From: a virus
DNA length: 64,000 nt
IMG/VR virus record: IMGVR_UViG_3300020599_000004
Span: 1 to 64,000 of that record
Strand: one strand, 5' to 3'
The notes under the pieces were generated by a model. It did no database searches. It was not told where the DNA came from and saw only the letters and a list, made by a program, of their open reading frames with translations. The translations under genes and the position numbers were made by a program. This document shows, in pieces, positions 28,757 to 36,754 of this stretch. Numbering within the stretch: the stretch's first letter is position 1; the number at the start of each line of letters is the position of its first letter.

Positions 28757-29762
28757 GATCCAATCCCACCAAACAGTCGCGAATGCTCATCCGATGCATG
28801 ATACTGGTGATTCCTTTCTCACTGCAACTCCCCAGGTACGGACATTGCATGCACTGCGTATCCTTGAGGTAGTCCACAGAGCGCTCCAGAGCCTCGCTAC
28901 GCGCTTTTAGCAGCGATTGCATAGTCCAGGGGCGGGGAACAACGAAGTCGTCATCCAGGAAGGCGCAGTCGTCCTTAAGGAAGGGTACCCAGTAGAGGTT
29001 ACCGCCGGTGTACAGCAGGTTCATCATGGTTCCGGTGTCGTAATGCAGGTCAGGGTTCCTGCGACGCTCGTCATCGCCATCCAGATTCGAGTAGAACTGG
29101 GTGATGCGATGACTCATGCGTTTTATGCGCTCACCGAGCATGAGGTCCTTAACCGGAGCACGTCCATAGGGGATGTTCAGGATATCATCCTTGTCTACGG
29201 GGAACTCCACATCAAAGCCTTCACGCATCATGATGTCGAAATTCTCGTTTACCGTCTCATGTGTGCAGTTAACCACGAACCCTGCTTCGTTCAAGAAAGC
29301 GTCTTTCAAGTGCTCCTTCACGAAATTGAGCTTACGCACGATCATGTCAGAGAACTTGTGGTTCTTAAAGAAGTCAGGCGCTGCTGGCATAAGGAACCGG
29401 ATGGCTTTACCAGGTAGCGCGGCATCGATCTCTGCGCACATTTTGGCGTAGAGTGGCATCTTACGCTCCAGGAAGGCGGCATTGAACGTCACCTGATGGA
29501 AATGTTGCGCCATTTCCCGTACCACTGGGTTCTCCATCACCTCGGCGACATTGTCCGAGGACATGTAGTCAGTTGGGCCAATACCCAAGTCGAAGGCCAC
29601 ATAGCCTGCATCCATCATTTCTTGAATCAATGCGTAGAGCAGAGGGACGTCTTCGATCTCACCACCAAGCTCACGATCGATCATGCAGCCCGCACAGTGA
29701 TTTTTGCACCCTCTAAACAAATCGAGGGTTATCTCTAGCCGTTGACGATGACGAACTTTCAT
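28743..29762 (-). CDS. divergent radical SAM-like protein
   Basis: LDLFRGCKNHCAGC; C-terminal CMQCPYLGSC..C. Confidence 0.7.
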   Translation of the reverse strand: MKVRHRQRLEITLDLFRGCKNHCAGCMIDRELGGEIEDVPLLYALIQEMMDAGYVAFDLGIGPTDYMSSDNVAEVMENPVVREMAQHFHQVTFNAAFLERKMPLYAKMCAEIDAALPGKAIRFLMPAAPDFFKNHKFSDMIVRKLNFVKEHLKDAFLNEAGFVVNCTHETVNENFDIMMREGFDVEFPVDKDDILNIPYGRAPVKDLMLGERIKRMSHRITQFYSNLDGDDERRRNPDLHYDTGTMMNLLYTGGNLYWVPFLKDDCAFLDDDFVVPRPWTMQSLLKARSEALERSVDYLKDTQCMQCPYLGSCSEKGITSIMHRMSIRDCLVGLDHVRE

Positions 29763-30687
29763 CTTCGATCCACCTTACCAGCAGTCCATGGAAGCCGTTG
29801 CAGGAGTTCTCCAGGGATTTCACATCCCGAAGGTGCTCAGACAGGCAACGACCTTTGAATTCGCACGCACCGCAGAACGTGTTCGCCTCGACGCGCTGTC
29901 TTTCTTTTTCGCACCACGCCTCATAAGCCGCAACATTCTCCAAGGTCAGGAAGAATTCACGGTCATTAAGGTCAAATTCCAGTACAGCGAATTGACCTTG
30001 GGGGGTGATGTACAGATGATCATCGCTGTAGGCATTGCGCGTGCCTTCCACGGCTTTGATCACCTGAGATTCGTTCTCGAAATAGAACTTTCGTTCAGGG
30101 TGAGTGATCACTGCCCAGACGAAATCCTCGTATTCCTTAAACGTGACAGGCTGTTGGTTAGATTGGTTTTCCGAATAGGGCTTGATCTCCGCCGAATTCA
30201 GTTGACCTAGCATGTTCATCATGCTGACGTAGTCATCTGGCGTGACTTTGTCGAGGAATTCCCGACTGGCAAGAGTCAGGATGTTGTACCATCGAGGCAG
30301 AGTGAGCAGATTGTTGAAGACCAGCTCCCATTTCTCTCGTGCTGAGAAGTCAAACGACACCCCCAGTTCGAAATCCTCGTCGTCGGTGATCTCATTGGTG
30401 ACCGTGAGGTTGGTAATGAGCACCAAATCGGTAATCCCGTACTGGTGAAACATGGATTTCAGGGCCAGGAGGTACTTAGGGGGCAATAACAACACTTCCC
30501 CGCCGTAAATATCCACATGGGTGACGGTATAACCTGCGGCAATGACTTCCAATAACCTACGCTCAATCACTTCCAACGGCAATAGCTGTTTATCACTCAA
30601 TTGTTCGGGAGTGAGATAGCAAAAAGTGCATCTTAGGTTGCAATAGTACGTCGGGTTCAGACTAATGGTGAGCGGTTTCATACTCAA
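29713..30687 (-). CDS. radical SAM protein with partial SPASM-type Cys cluster
   Basis: LNPTYYCNLRCTFCY, IYGGEV; C-terminal CGACEFKGRC..C. Confidence 0.85.
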   Translation of the reverse strand: MSMKPLTISLNPTYYCNLRCTFCYLTPEQLSDKQLLPLEVIERRLLEVIAAGYTVTHVDIYGGEVLLLPPKYLLALKSMFHQYGITDLVLITNLTVTNEITDDEDFELGVSFDFSAREKWELVFNNLLTLPRWYNILTLASREFLDKVTPDDYVSMMNMLGQLNSAEIKPYSENQSNQQPVTFKEYEDFVWAVITHPERKFYFENESQVIKAVEGTRNAYSDDHLYITPQGQFAVLEFDLNDREFFLTLENVAAYEAWCEKERQRVEANTFCGACEFKGRCLSEHLRDVKSLENSCNGFHGLLVRWIEDESSSSSTARDNPRFV

Positions 30688-31778
30688 ACCCTAGCAATTA
30701 GCTGGACAGATTCATCCACATAGGGGGTAGGTTCGACCAAACCAGTCAAACCATTGATTTCGATGATGCGAGGAGCCAGGGATTTCATCTTCCGGCACTG
30801 ATGTTCGACCAATCCCATTTTTTTGGTGTCTGCAATGGTCTTCTTGCAGCCGTTGCAGATGGCAAACATCGGACATGTCCAGCACGCGTTCTTCATCGAC
30901 TGTAATTCGGGAGCGTTCTGCAATGGAGTGGCGATTTCGCCACGCATCTCCGCTTCGAAATCGATCCCGTACACCCGATCATCCCCGAATCCACCGCAGG
31001 AATAGTAACTCCCATCTGGTTGCAGGGTACGGATGTGACTATCGCAGTCACGGGAGAGTGGGCAGGTGGTATTGGCTTCCACCAAGCGACGCATCATCTG
31101 CTTGGTGTTGTATTCCCACTCGGCTAGCCCTGCATCGTAGATCTGGATGTAATGTTCGTAGATGTCGGCCTGGGTGAAGAATTTAGATTCAGCTCCCATT
31201 TCGACACCTCGCTTGACCACCGTGGGACCTGACGCCACCACGTGATTGATCTTTGCTTCCACACCCAGCCGTTTGGCTAATCTAACGGTGTCGAGGATGG
31301 TGTGTTCATTTTCCTTGTCGATAACAGCGATGAAGTCGGGTCTGTACCCTGCTACTTCATGGAGCAGTTCGGCACAGGCGAGGTAATCTTCCTCACTGAA
31401 GGGGGTTAGATCACCCTTAAGGCGTGCATTGCCGTACTGGAATGAAGTGGTAATGCCCACGCGGGGGTGTCTGAATAAATCCGCCCACATCTCGGGCTTC
31501 TTGTAGAAAGCCCAGAGATTTGTGGTGAAAGCCAGCGTAGCAGCGCAGTTGTGCTTCTCGAGGATGGCGATGATGTCCCAGTAATACTGGGGTGGCATCA
31601 TCAGTGGATCACCACCATTTAAGATAATGGTGCGGGTATCGGGGAAACGTTGGATGAAACGATCGACGTACTCCAGATCGAGTACGTCTTTAGGTTGCTC
31701 CGAAAGGACAGTACTGGAGCAGAACGTACAAGCAAACGAACACATGCTCGTGGGCTTCAGGATCAACGAATCAACCAT
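30684..31778 (-). CDS. radical SAM/SPASM protein
   Basis: ILKPTSMCSFACTFC, LNGGDPL; CPLSRDC..YSC..CWTCPMFAICNGC..C; GGAG RBS before ATG 31778. Confidence 0.88.
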   Translation of the reverse strand: MVDSLILKPTSMCSFACTFCSSTVLSEQPKDVLDLEYVDRFIQRFPDTRTIILNGGDPLMMPPQYYWDIIAILEKHNCAATLAFTTNLWAFYKKPEMWADLFRHPRVGITTSFQYGNARLKGDLTPFSEEDYLACAELLHEVAGYRPDFIAVIDKENEHTILDTVRLAKRLGVEAKINHVVASGPTVVKRGVEMGAESKFFTQADIYEHYIQIYDAGLAEWEYNTKQMMRRLVEANTTCPLSRDCDSHIRTLQPDGSYYSCGGFGDDRVYGIDFEAEMRGEIATPLQNAPELQSMKNACWTCPMFAICNGCKKTIADTKKMGLVEHQCRKMKSLAPRIIEINGLTGLVEPTPYVDESVQLIARV

Positions 31779-31857
31779 GGAAATAACTCCAGATAACACT
31801 GACCACGATCATCAGCCCAATGACTTTCCAATGTACTGTACGTTCTTTACTGCTCAT
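31771..31857 (-). CDS. 28-aa hydrophobic peptide (not in ORF track)
   Basis: GAGGAG RBS; MSSKERTVHWKVIGLMIVVSVIWSYFHG; stop overlaps the start of the next rSAM gene. Confidence 0.55.
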   Translation of the reverse strand: MSSKERTVHWKVIGLMIVVSVIWSYFHG

Positions 31858-31858
31858 G

Positions 31859-32029
31859 TCACTCTCCTCGCGGTCGATGCTCCCGTTTGAGTTGGTTGGC
31901 TAACTCAACGAGTACGTTACCATTGATGAATCTGGAAGCGGTTTCGGCTCTTTTCTGGTGGCCATTGTCTTCCAGCCATTTCTTAGCGGCAGCGTACCCA
32001 TCAGGGGTTAAAGGAAATACCTGATCCAT
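31859..32029 (-). CDS. small hypothetical protein
   Basis: MDQVFPLTPDGYAAAKKWLE..; 56 aa packed between neighbours. Confidence 0.5.
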   Translation of the reverse strand: MDQVFPLTPDGYAAAKKWLEDNGHQKRAETASRFINGNVLVELANQLKREHRPRGE

Positions 32030-32039
32030 GGCGAGCTTC

Positions 32040-32276
32040 CTAGACGTTATGGCCAAAGGGCCTCTGCCCCATGATTTCCAGAGGACTCGCCCAGAACGGG
32101 TAAGAGCCATCGGCCTTTGTTGAGAGCTTATACGCCTGTTCTTGCCCTGGCTTGTGTTCGATCACGTACAGCTTCTGACCGGGTCTTGCGTGCAGGAACG
32201 CCGGGTGGTCTCCTGTCGCTGCGGTGATCAATTCTTTCGTTGCCCAGACCTCTTGACCTATTTCGTAAAGAGCCAT
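32040..32276 (-). CDS. small hypothetical protein
   Basis: 78 aa; AAGGGGAG RBS. Confidence 0.65.
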   Translation of the reverse strand: MALYEIGQEVWATKELITAATGDHPAFLHARPGQKLYVIEHKPGQEQAYKLSTKADGSYPFWASPLEIMGQRPFGHNV

Positions 32277-32290
32277 GTTACTCCCCTTCT

Positions 32291-32332
32291 GACATAAAAG
32301 GTTGCCGGGGGTAAAGACCCCCGGCTTATGTC
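32291..32332. terminator. GACATAA-hairpin-TTATGTC element inside radical SAM cluster
   Basis: GCCGGGGGT/ACCCCCGGC stem flanked by GACATAA and TTATGTC. Confidence 0.7.
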
Positions 32333-32334
32333 CC

Positions 32335-33354
32335 CTAATCCTGCTTGACGATACGGTCGAACATCTCTTTTATCCGGCAGTCGCTGCTTAAACCATCGGC
32401 AATGAAGCTGTGATGGAGGAAGCAGCGCAGTCCGCACCGCCCGTAGTACTCACACGCTAGGCAGTTATATTTTTCAATGAATGCCATCTCTGCCTTAGCC
32501 TTGGCCGCCAACCCTTCTGCCTCATCAAGGATGGCGTTCTTCCCTGCCTCAGACCAACAGGTCGACACGATATTGTCCTTGTTGACAATCTTCGTGGAGC
32601 GACAGGTGGTCTCGTTGAACAGGTTTTCACGCCAATCCCTGACAGGCAGGGAGTTGGGGTATTTCTCATTCAGTAACAGGTAGAGGTCACTGATCATGTC
32701 CTCGTCCGGCTGAATGTACTCGTACATCGTGGAGGGGATGTAGTGGTCAAAGTACACAGTGAAGTTCTCGCACATCCACTGCATCTCTTTACCTTCCTTC
32801 CCCTCCAGGAAGGACTGGATGTTCTGCTTGGTGATCACGACGTTGACCGTGTCGATGTAGTTCTGCAACAGATGGAGATTGCGCAGGAACATCTGACGGT
32901 TGTTTTTATCGAATCGACCCGCAGGGTCGTACGAGGTAGCCAGATCAATGATACGGCCTGGGGCGTACTCTCGCAGCAATGCAATCAGACGCATAACCCG
33001 GTTGATGTTCTCGTACGCAAGGTTGGTACCCCACACGAGTTTGACCTCGGTGAAGTGATCCAACACACGTTTACCGGCTTCCAGGTAATGGTCGAACATC
33101 CCATCTGGGATATCGTCACTGAAGAGTTCACCGCCGGTGAAGTTCACTACGTACGGCAAGTCTCCTGGGGTTGAGTCCGTCAGTCGCTTTACCTTGAGCA
33201 GGATTTCCTCACCGGACATCCCCACACGGGAATCGTGGTCCTGATGACAGAACGAGCAGCTCATGTTACACTTCTCGAACAGGATCAGGTGGGCTTCCTT
33301 GTACTTGCCCTTCTTCTGGGCCAGGATATCTACCACGGGAATGAGATCTACCAC
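32335..33354 (-). CDS. radical SAM/SPASM-like protein
   Basis: LILFEKCNMSCSFCHQ, FTGGELF; C..C..CLACEYYGRCGLRC..C; GGAGGAG RBS before GTG. Confidence 0.85.
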   Translation of the reverse strand: MVDLIPVVDILAQKKGKYKEAHLILFEKCNMSCSFCHQDHDSRVGMSGEEILLKVKRLTDSTPGDLPYVVNFTGGELFSDDIPDGMFDHYLEAGKRVLDHFTEVKLVWGTNLAYENINRVMRLIALLREYAPGRIIDLATSYDPAGRFDKNNRQMFLRNLHLLQNYIDTVNVVITKQNIQSFLEGKEGKEMQWMCENFTVYFDHYIPSTMYEYIQPDEDMISDLYLLLNEKYPNSLPVRDWRENLFNETTCRSTKIVNKDNIVSTCWSEAGKNAILDEAEGLAAKAKAEMAFIEKYNCLACEYYGRCGLRCFLHHSFIADGLSSDCRIKEMFDRIVKQD

Positions 33355-34409
33355 GTCGACTCCTCCATCAGGTGCTTGAGTTCTTCTTCGTCTGCTCGCA
33401 AGGCGTAACGAATCAGGTTCTCGTCGTACTTGATGGCGTCCATGTGACCCAGCCGGAAACCGTCTTTGCCGTTATCGAAGATGAACCGCAGACGTTTCAG
33501 GCAGAGTTCAGGATCAGTCAAGTCGTCCGTGGATTCAAAGCAGGTCAACAGGTTACGGTTACGTTTCGCCGCGGGCTGATCCCCGCAGTCATCCAAAACC
33601 TTGATGATGCTCTTGACCAGATCGATCATCCACTCGTCTGGCATCTCATATTGGAGTACGTTGGGCAGACGCAACATGGGGTCCGTAAGGTGTCCCAGGT
33701 TCTGGCAGGCCTCAAAGGTGCTAGGCATGTCCAGCAGGGCGTCTAAATTGACGCCTGAGAGGTGCCAACGGGTATCGTCCATGATGACCCGCCCCCAATC
33801 GTCCATCGCGTCATGCGTGTTATTGAGGGCCGTACGGCGTTGCAGGTTCAGTAGGGTGTCAGGGATACTTCCCACAACGCCAAATGCCCGCAGTCGCATG
33901 ATCCGCCATTCCAGGGAAACCTCTTCAGGAGATTCCTCGTAGAGCTTGCGCAGAACAGGGATAATCGGCTCGTCAAAGGCATAAAGGCGCTCGACCACTT
34001 CACGCGTAATCGTCACATCGCGGGTATGGTCCGTGCGATTGTCATGAAGATTAATCGTGCTGGTGTCAAATGTCGCCTTGGCGCAAATGAAGAAGTACTT
34101 GAAATGCTCGTAGTCGATGCCAGGGAACAGGGCCTTTACCATGGCGGCAAAGAGCCGGGTGTAGGTGTCGTCATCAGCATAAATGAAAGTCTTCTGACCG
34201 AATGCAATGGCTCGGTCTATGGCATCACCAAATTCTTTCGGTGACATGGCATCCAGGCTGGTCGCATAACCCGCCTGGAAACCACGGACTCTCACCAGCG
34301 GGTGGTCCACATGTTGGAACCCGCTGTGCTTACTGATGTTGATCTGTGCAACTTCCACCTTGTTCCTGAACTCGGCTTCGACGTAGGTCTTACCGAAGAG
34401 ATGGAACAT
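33348..34409 (-). CDS. hypothetical protein in radical SAM cluster
   Basis: 353 aa; overlaps both neighbours. Confidence 0.75.
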   Translation of the reverse strand: MFHLFGKTYVEAEFRNKVEVAQINISKHSGFQHVDHPLVRVRGFQAGYATSLDAMSPKEFGDAIDRAIAFGQKTFIYADDDTYTRLFAAMVKALFPGIDYEHFKYFFICAKATFDTSTINLHDNRTDHTRDVTITREVVERLYAFDEPIIPVLRKLYEESPEEVSLEWRIMRLRAFGVVGSIPDTLLNLQRRTALNNTHDAMDDWGRVIMDDTRWHLSGVNLDALLDMPSTFEACQNLGHLTDPMLRLPNVLQYEMPDEWMIDLVKSIIKVLDDCGDQPAAKRNRNLLTCFESTDDLTDPELCLKRLRFIFDNGKDGFRLGHMDAIKYDENLIRYALRADEEELKHLMEESTW

Positions 34410-35133
34410 TCAGGCTCCCTGCGATCTGGTCGTATCGACTGTTGTCGGCAGCTGCCGCGGCCAGGAACTGCTGCATGGCTTCTTCCCCTTCCATGGCGAT
34501 GAGGCTACCGATGAACAGGGGATTCTCCTTGACAGCAAAGTAGTAGAACAGGTTCTTGCCCGCGAAGATGTACTTGTTGAAGAGCACCTCGTTGTACGAG
34601 TACTCCTCCGGTCGTACGTCTTCCACCAGCAACGCGAAGAACGGATGCTTGATCAGGTTGACGTAGTTCAGTCCTGCCACACTGATGTTCTCGTCCGCGG
34701 GCAGAGCCTGGACGACTTCATCGAATTCACCCGTGGCATACAGGGCAAATAACGGCAGGTTGCGGATACGCTTCATCCAGGTGTCGAGGATGTCACGGTT
34801 TTCTGCAATGAACTCCGTCGGATCGAACGACAGCAGGGAAGGCTTACCCTGCATGTGCAGCAGGATCTGGACCACCGCATCGTCCAGATCCGGTGCCGTA
34901 GCGATCTGGGGCAGGTGCAGGTAATCCTTTACCAACGGCAGAGCGTCTTCGATGCTCTCCAGGTGCAGGCGGCACTTGATGTCCAAATTGGTCAGGTAGA
35001 CCAGCAGGGACTTGTTACGGAACTTGCTGTTCTTGTAGTCGATGACGAACTGGATGTCTTCTTTCTGTTTACGCACCAGGTCTTGCAGCGGAATCGGCGT
35101 AGTGGTAAACAGTACGGTGGTTTCAGTGTTCAT
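34390..35133 (-). CDS. hypothetical protein in radical SAM cluster
   Basis: 247 aa; AAGGGG RBS, 10 nt after the Cys/His-tail gene. Confidence 0.75.
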   Translation of the reverse strand: MNTETTVLFTTTPIPLQDLVRKQKEDIQFVIDYKNSKFRNKSLLVYLTNLDIKCRLHLESIEDALPLVKDYLHLPQIATAPDLDDAVVQILLHMQGKPSLLSFDPTEFIAENRDILDTWMKRIRNLPLFALYATGEFDEVVQALPADENISVAGLNYVNLIKHPFFALLVEDVRPEEYSYNEVLFNKYIFAGKNLFYYFAVKENPLFIGSLIAMEGEEAMQQFLAAAAADNSRYDQIAGSLNVPSLR

Positions 35134-35143
35134 GGTACACCCC

Positions 35144-35716
35144 TTAGCGACGACCGCGGTTACCGTGGCAGTTGTTGTGGCAGCTGTAGTGGCACACGGT
35201 GTTGGTCAGTGTGCCCACCACTGGACCACCCGCCAGGCTCCACCAGCGGTTGTACATGTTGTTGCAGAGATTGGAGACGTCAGCCTGCTCGACCGAGGTA
35301 CCTGCTGGGATCGCGCCCACCAGGGTGCCTGTGCCACCCACACCCGAGGAGAAGTAACCGATGGCATTGCCGTCGTATTGCGTAGTCGTCCAGGGTGCGG
35401 TGTTGTTGACGTTCTGCACAGGTGGGTTGTAGCCGTTGCCGTTGAAGTAGATCACGATGCGTTTGCGGCACAATACGCCAGAAATCGAGGCCACATACGA
35501 GACCGTATCGTTCACGGCTTGGGCACGGATGCTACCATTGCACCAATCCTGACCGGTGTGGGCACGTCCCAGCGGATTCGGGACATTACCGCCGAACCAA
35601 CCCGGCAGAGACCCACTGGGGTAGTTGTTAGCCCCCCAGGCTACCTGCGCGTTGATCTTGTCAATCAGGAGGCCGTTGAGCAGGTTTACGGCATCCACTT
35701 TACTGATGTTGGCCAT
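35144..35716 (-). CDS. N/G/T-rich protein with C-terminal (CHxx)3-RGRR tail; candidate radical SAM substrate/virion protein
   Basis: ends TVCHYSCHNNCHGNRGRR; starts 3 nt after a rSAM/SPASM gene. Confidence 0.8.
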   Translation of the reverse strand: MANISKVDAVNLLNGLLIDKINAQVAWGANNYPSGSLPGWFGGNVPNPLGRAHTGQDWCNGSIRAQAVNDTVSYVASISGVLCRKRIVIYFNGNGYNPPVQNVNNTAPWTTTQYDGNAIGYFSSGVGGTGTLVGAIPAGTSVEQADVSNLCNNMYNRWWSLAGGPVVGTLTNTVCHYSCHNNCHGNRGRR

Positions 35717-35719
35717 ATG

Positions 35720-36754
35720 CTACACCTTGATAATCAAATTTGACTGGGCGCTGCGTCCCGAGAGATACCGAAGGGTATTCTTAAGTCCACCACACCGTCC
35801 GTTCTGCCAGGGTAACCGATGGCAGTCTCCACCACAAAGGTCAAAGACATCGCAATGTAAACAACCTGGCTTAAAGTTCAGCTCACAGGCGATCTCATTG
35901 ATGCGACCATCGGACGCCAGAAACTCCAGAGCCCCCTGGGACAAGTGGGCGTGCTTGTGTTCTGTCGCCATGTTAGGGCAACCACCTAACCAACCGTTGG
36001 AGTTGATCGTCACCAGGTTCTGCTCACAATTGCGGCAGTTGGTGTCGACTTTGACGATACCCAGTTCCAACTTCTGCTTGATGGTGTCTAACGTAGTGAT
36101 CTTGTAATTGGGCTGACGCTCGAAGTACCGCTTGTACAAGGCCAGATACCAGTCGTCTTGCTCTACGTTGTCCGGAAAGACGTCTGGGTTGCACTCGGCG
36201 TTGCCTCCTAAGGTAAGGCGCTCCAGCGCCACCTCATCGATCTCCAGTTGGTCCAGTTGGTCTAAGAACCAGTCTGGTGTGGAAGCCACTAGAGGTCGAG
36301 AAACAGATACCTTCAGGTGGATCGTAACCCCAGCACGTTTGAGCATGCCAAGGTTACGTTTCCACAGATCGACTTGTTTTTGGTTGGACCATCTGATCCA
36401 AGGGTCCCAACTGGTCCCGATGTGACCATCGAAATGAACCAGGATGGTGTCGATAATGGCATCAGTCAACTTGAATGTTAAGTTACTGTTGGCACACATG
36501 GAAACATTCGGGTTGCTCGCAAAGTGATCGATGAAGGCGTTGATCTTGGCGAGCGGTACCAGAAAAGGCTCACCCCCGTGAAACTCAATGTGGTATTGCT
36601 CATCTTCGGGGTATTGGGCCATAAAGTCTTTGACCCAGGAAGCCGTTGCCTCCGGGTCGAATTGGGTCTTATCCCCCTGCTTGCCATTGGTGAAGCAATG
36701 GTCACAGTTCAGGTTGCAAGTGCCCGTGGTCTTAACGTAGATCGTCTTCATCAA
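35720..36754 (-). CDS. radical SAM/SPASM maturase
   Basis: YVKTTGTCNLNCDHCF, FHGGEPFL; CRNC..GGCPN..CLHCDVFDLCGGDC..C full SPASM-like set. Confidence 0.9.
   Translation of the reverse strand: MMKTIYVKTTGTCNLNCDHCFTNGKQGDKTQFDPEATASWVKDFMAQYPEDEQYHIEFHGGEPFLVPLAKINAFIDHFASNPNVSMCANSNLTFKLTDAIIDTILVHFDGHIGTSWDPWIRWSNQKQVDLWKRNLGMLKRAGVTIHLKVSVSRPLVASTPDWFLDQLDQLEIDEVALERLTLGGNAECNPDVFPDNVEQDDWYLALYKRYFERQPNYKITTLDTIKQKLELGIVKVDTNCRNCEQNLVTINSNGWLGGCPNMATEHKHAHLSQGALEFLASDGRINEIACELNFKPGCLHCDVFDLCGGDCHRLPWQNGRCGGLKNTLRYLSGRSAQSNLIIKV

Noticed and set aside
35147-35194. CX3CH read as a c-type heme attachment motif
   Set aside because: Units overlap (each Cys is shared), no signal peptide and no cytochrome c maturation context; rSAM target interpretation fits the neighbourhood better
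27701-36754. Radical SAMs as DNA base-modification (queuosine/7-deazaguanine) or cofactor enzymes
   Set aside because: No QueC/QueD/FolE/DpdA-like or MoaA/NrdG-like partners seen, and SPASM-type Cys tails plus a Cys/His-repeat neighbour point to peptide maturation; not formally excluded
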